A stretch of 63,984 nucleotides of DNA, the filler included, from Reticulomyxa filosa (lineage: Eukaryota > Protista > Foraminifera): the NCBI GenBank assembly GCA_000512085.1. It is 20 parts of 20 records of this genome, joined end to end, with 100 filler letters (N's around TTAATTAATTAA, not from the genome) between each part and the next. Parts side by side here need not be neighbours in the genome. Positions count along the whole stretch, not along the records: positions 61,928 to 63,984 come from ASPP01023393.1; 19 more parts are not named here. One strand, 5' to 3'. The position numbers and the translations under genes were made by a program. Positions 61,928-63,984 of the stretch are shown piece by piece. Positions within the stretch are counted from its first letter, which is position 1, and every line of letters begins with the position of its first letter. The notes below the pieces were generated by a model that worked only from the letters and a program-made list of their open reading frames with translations, ran no database searches and was not told the DNA's origin.

Positions 61928-63137
61928 ATCGTTTCAATTCTCAGGTTATCACTTGTAATTGGCCTATTGACGCAGACAAATTAATGAAATTAGGAGAAGA
62001 TTTGTTGGACGTACTACATTTTGATAAAGCGATTGAGTTATTTCGTTTTGCACTTTGTGTTAGATTGCAAATGTTATGTGGCTCTGATGTCGATATTGCT
62101 GAGTCTTATGGTTGGTTAGGCAGAGCGTATGATGACAAAGGAGAATATGACAAAGCCATAGCACATTTCGAAGAAGCATTGAATATTTGGACTAATATAT
62201 TGGGGTCAGCAGCTCATCCTGATATTGCTACTTTATACAGCACTTTGGGAGATGTTTATAAAAAAAAAAGAGAGCACGAAAAGGCAATTGAGTATTATAA
62301 CAAAGCTTTGAACATTAAAAATGCCGAACCTGAACATGATAAACTTAATATCGCTTGCTTAAGGAACGATTTGGGAAGCGTTCATAACATCTGTGGAGAA
62401 CACGAATTAGCACTACAAAATCATAAACTATCCTTTGAAAGTAGATCTGCGATATTAGGACATAACCATCCGGATGTTGCGACTTCACACGATTATTTGG
62501 GATCAGTGCATCAGATTACAAAGGATTATGATAAAGCGATTGAATGCTATAACAAATCTTTGGAAATTCGATTAGATAAATTAGGGCGCAATCATCTGGA
62601 TGTTGGTAATTCATACAATAGTTTGGGCAGTGTTTATGACGACAAACAAGAATACGATAAAGCAATTGAAAATTATAAAGAAGCTTTAAAAATTAATTTG
62701 GAAAAGTTAGGACTTGAGCATCCTGATGTTGCTGCTTCATATAACAATTTAGGAGTTGTGTATAACAACAAAGGAGAATATCAAGAGTCAATTACATATT
62801 TTAATACATCATTGGAATTTGGAATACTTTGGAGCCTGATCATCCTAATGCTGCTTTTTCATACAACAATTTGGCATTAGTTTATTGTAATAAACAAGAA
62901 TATGATAAAGCAATGGAAATTGGAAAGAAGTCATTGAAATTGAGATTAAAGAAATTGGATCCTGATCATCCAGATGTTGGTGTTTCGTATGAAATTTTGG
63001 GAGATATCTTCCTTAAAAGTGGAAAAAAAGCGGAAGCAAAGAAGTGCTATGAAAAGGTACATTCAATTTTTACTTCAAAATTGGATCGGGATTGTCAAGA
63101 CATAAAAGAAGTAAATGCAAAATTGAAAAATTTGTAA
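61928..63137 (+). CDS. 42-aa TPR repeat protein, 5'-truncated, frameshift at about 62820
   Basis: HPDVAxSYNNLGxVYxxKxEYDKAIExYxKxLxI repeats continue across the two ORFs. Confidence 0.88.
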
Positions 63138-63984
63138 GTATGTTGAATATTGTCAGACTTTTTTTTTTTTTTGTAATATATTTTACAATGTTTTGATTTT
63201 TTTTTTTTTTTGTTGCTATTGTTTGATAACTAAGTATGAACACCTAAATATGACCACTTTTCTTTGGAAAAAGATTTCCGAAATGTTTGAAGAAACTTGT
63301 CATATTTTTTTATCCTTTTAATCGTTTTAGTTTTTCTCTCCAAATTTTTGAATAATGCTCTGAAGCAAAAACATTACATTTTACGCACAATGCGTATTAT
63401 GGTTGAACGTATAATCAAAAAAATAAAAACTGAAATAAGTGCATTCTGTTTTTCATATCCTTGATATTGGAATCACACTACACCAATTTTTTTTTGGAGT
63501 ACTTTTTTGGGGATAAGATTTTTTTGTTTTTGGATAGAGAGTAGATTTGCATTTACTTTTTTTCTCTATTCCATTTTGATTCCTTTGCCCCAAAAAAAAA
63601 AGAAATTTTGCTTGCAATATCAGTTTTGAGATCGTTTGAATTAATTTCAATTGCATTACATTTATATAATGCAGTTTTAAAAGACAAAGTTTTTGCCTTT
63701 CAAAAACATCTATCATCTTAAGTAATTTTTATTGGTATATCAAGTAGTTGACATTCTCCCAAATTGACAAACTCCAAAAAAAAAATGGAGTATTTAATAG
63801 CAAAGTTATCTATAATGAAGATGAAGATTAGTACTTGTTCATACGATATCTTGTCAATGAACAATCCTGCTTATCCATTCTTTTCTTTGGACAATTTTGC
63901 TTATTCTAAATGTTTTTGCATATTCCTTCAAAGAATTATGAATAAGCAATGTTTATTGAATGTATTGGAATGCAGAAATCCGAT

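Noticed and set aside
1-63984. CRISPR arrays, tRNA and rRNA genes
   Set aside because: No regularly spaced repeat-spacer array, cloverleaf or rRNA signature was recognised by eye

Overview
This window is not one continuous locus. It is about 20 short assembly contigs joined by an artificial N44-TTAATTAATTAA-N44 linker. Most contigs come from an AT-rich, intron-containing protist; the Kelch/WD40/TPR/NACHT expansions most resemble the foraminiferan Reticulomyxa (inference). Two GC-rich contigs (1812-2984, 31549-32869) are bacterial. Recognisable genes: U2 snRNA (+) and U5 snRNA (-), both invisible in the ORF track; Snu114/EFTUD2; SFT2; PIP5K; an LMBR1-domain protein; an F-box protein; RGS and 7TM-RGS proteins; a Nup188-like gene; an LRR surface protein; and several WD40/TPR genes and pseudogenes. 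Mobile relics include Tc1/mariner, Ty3/Gypsy RT and LINE RNase H. Top leads: (1) an NLR-like cluster, with a head-to-head Kelch-WD40 / Kelch-pseudocaspase-TPR pair followed by a NACHT NTPase; (2) introns with A-rich acceptors instead of polypyrimidine tracts, alongside enlarged U2/U5 snRNAs with non-consensus Sm sites; (3) a Tc1-like terminal repeat family that brackets a Gypsy RT fragment and also forms the upstream flank of U2. Most frameshifts in otherwise intact genes look like homopolymer sequencing errors.
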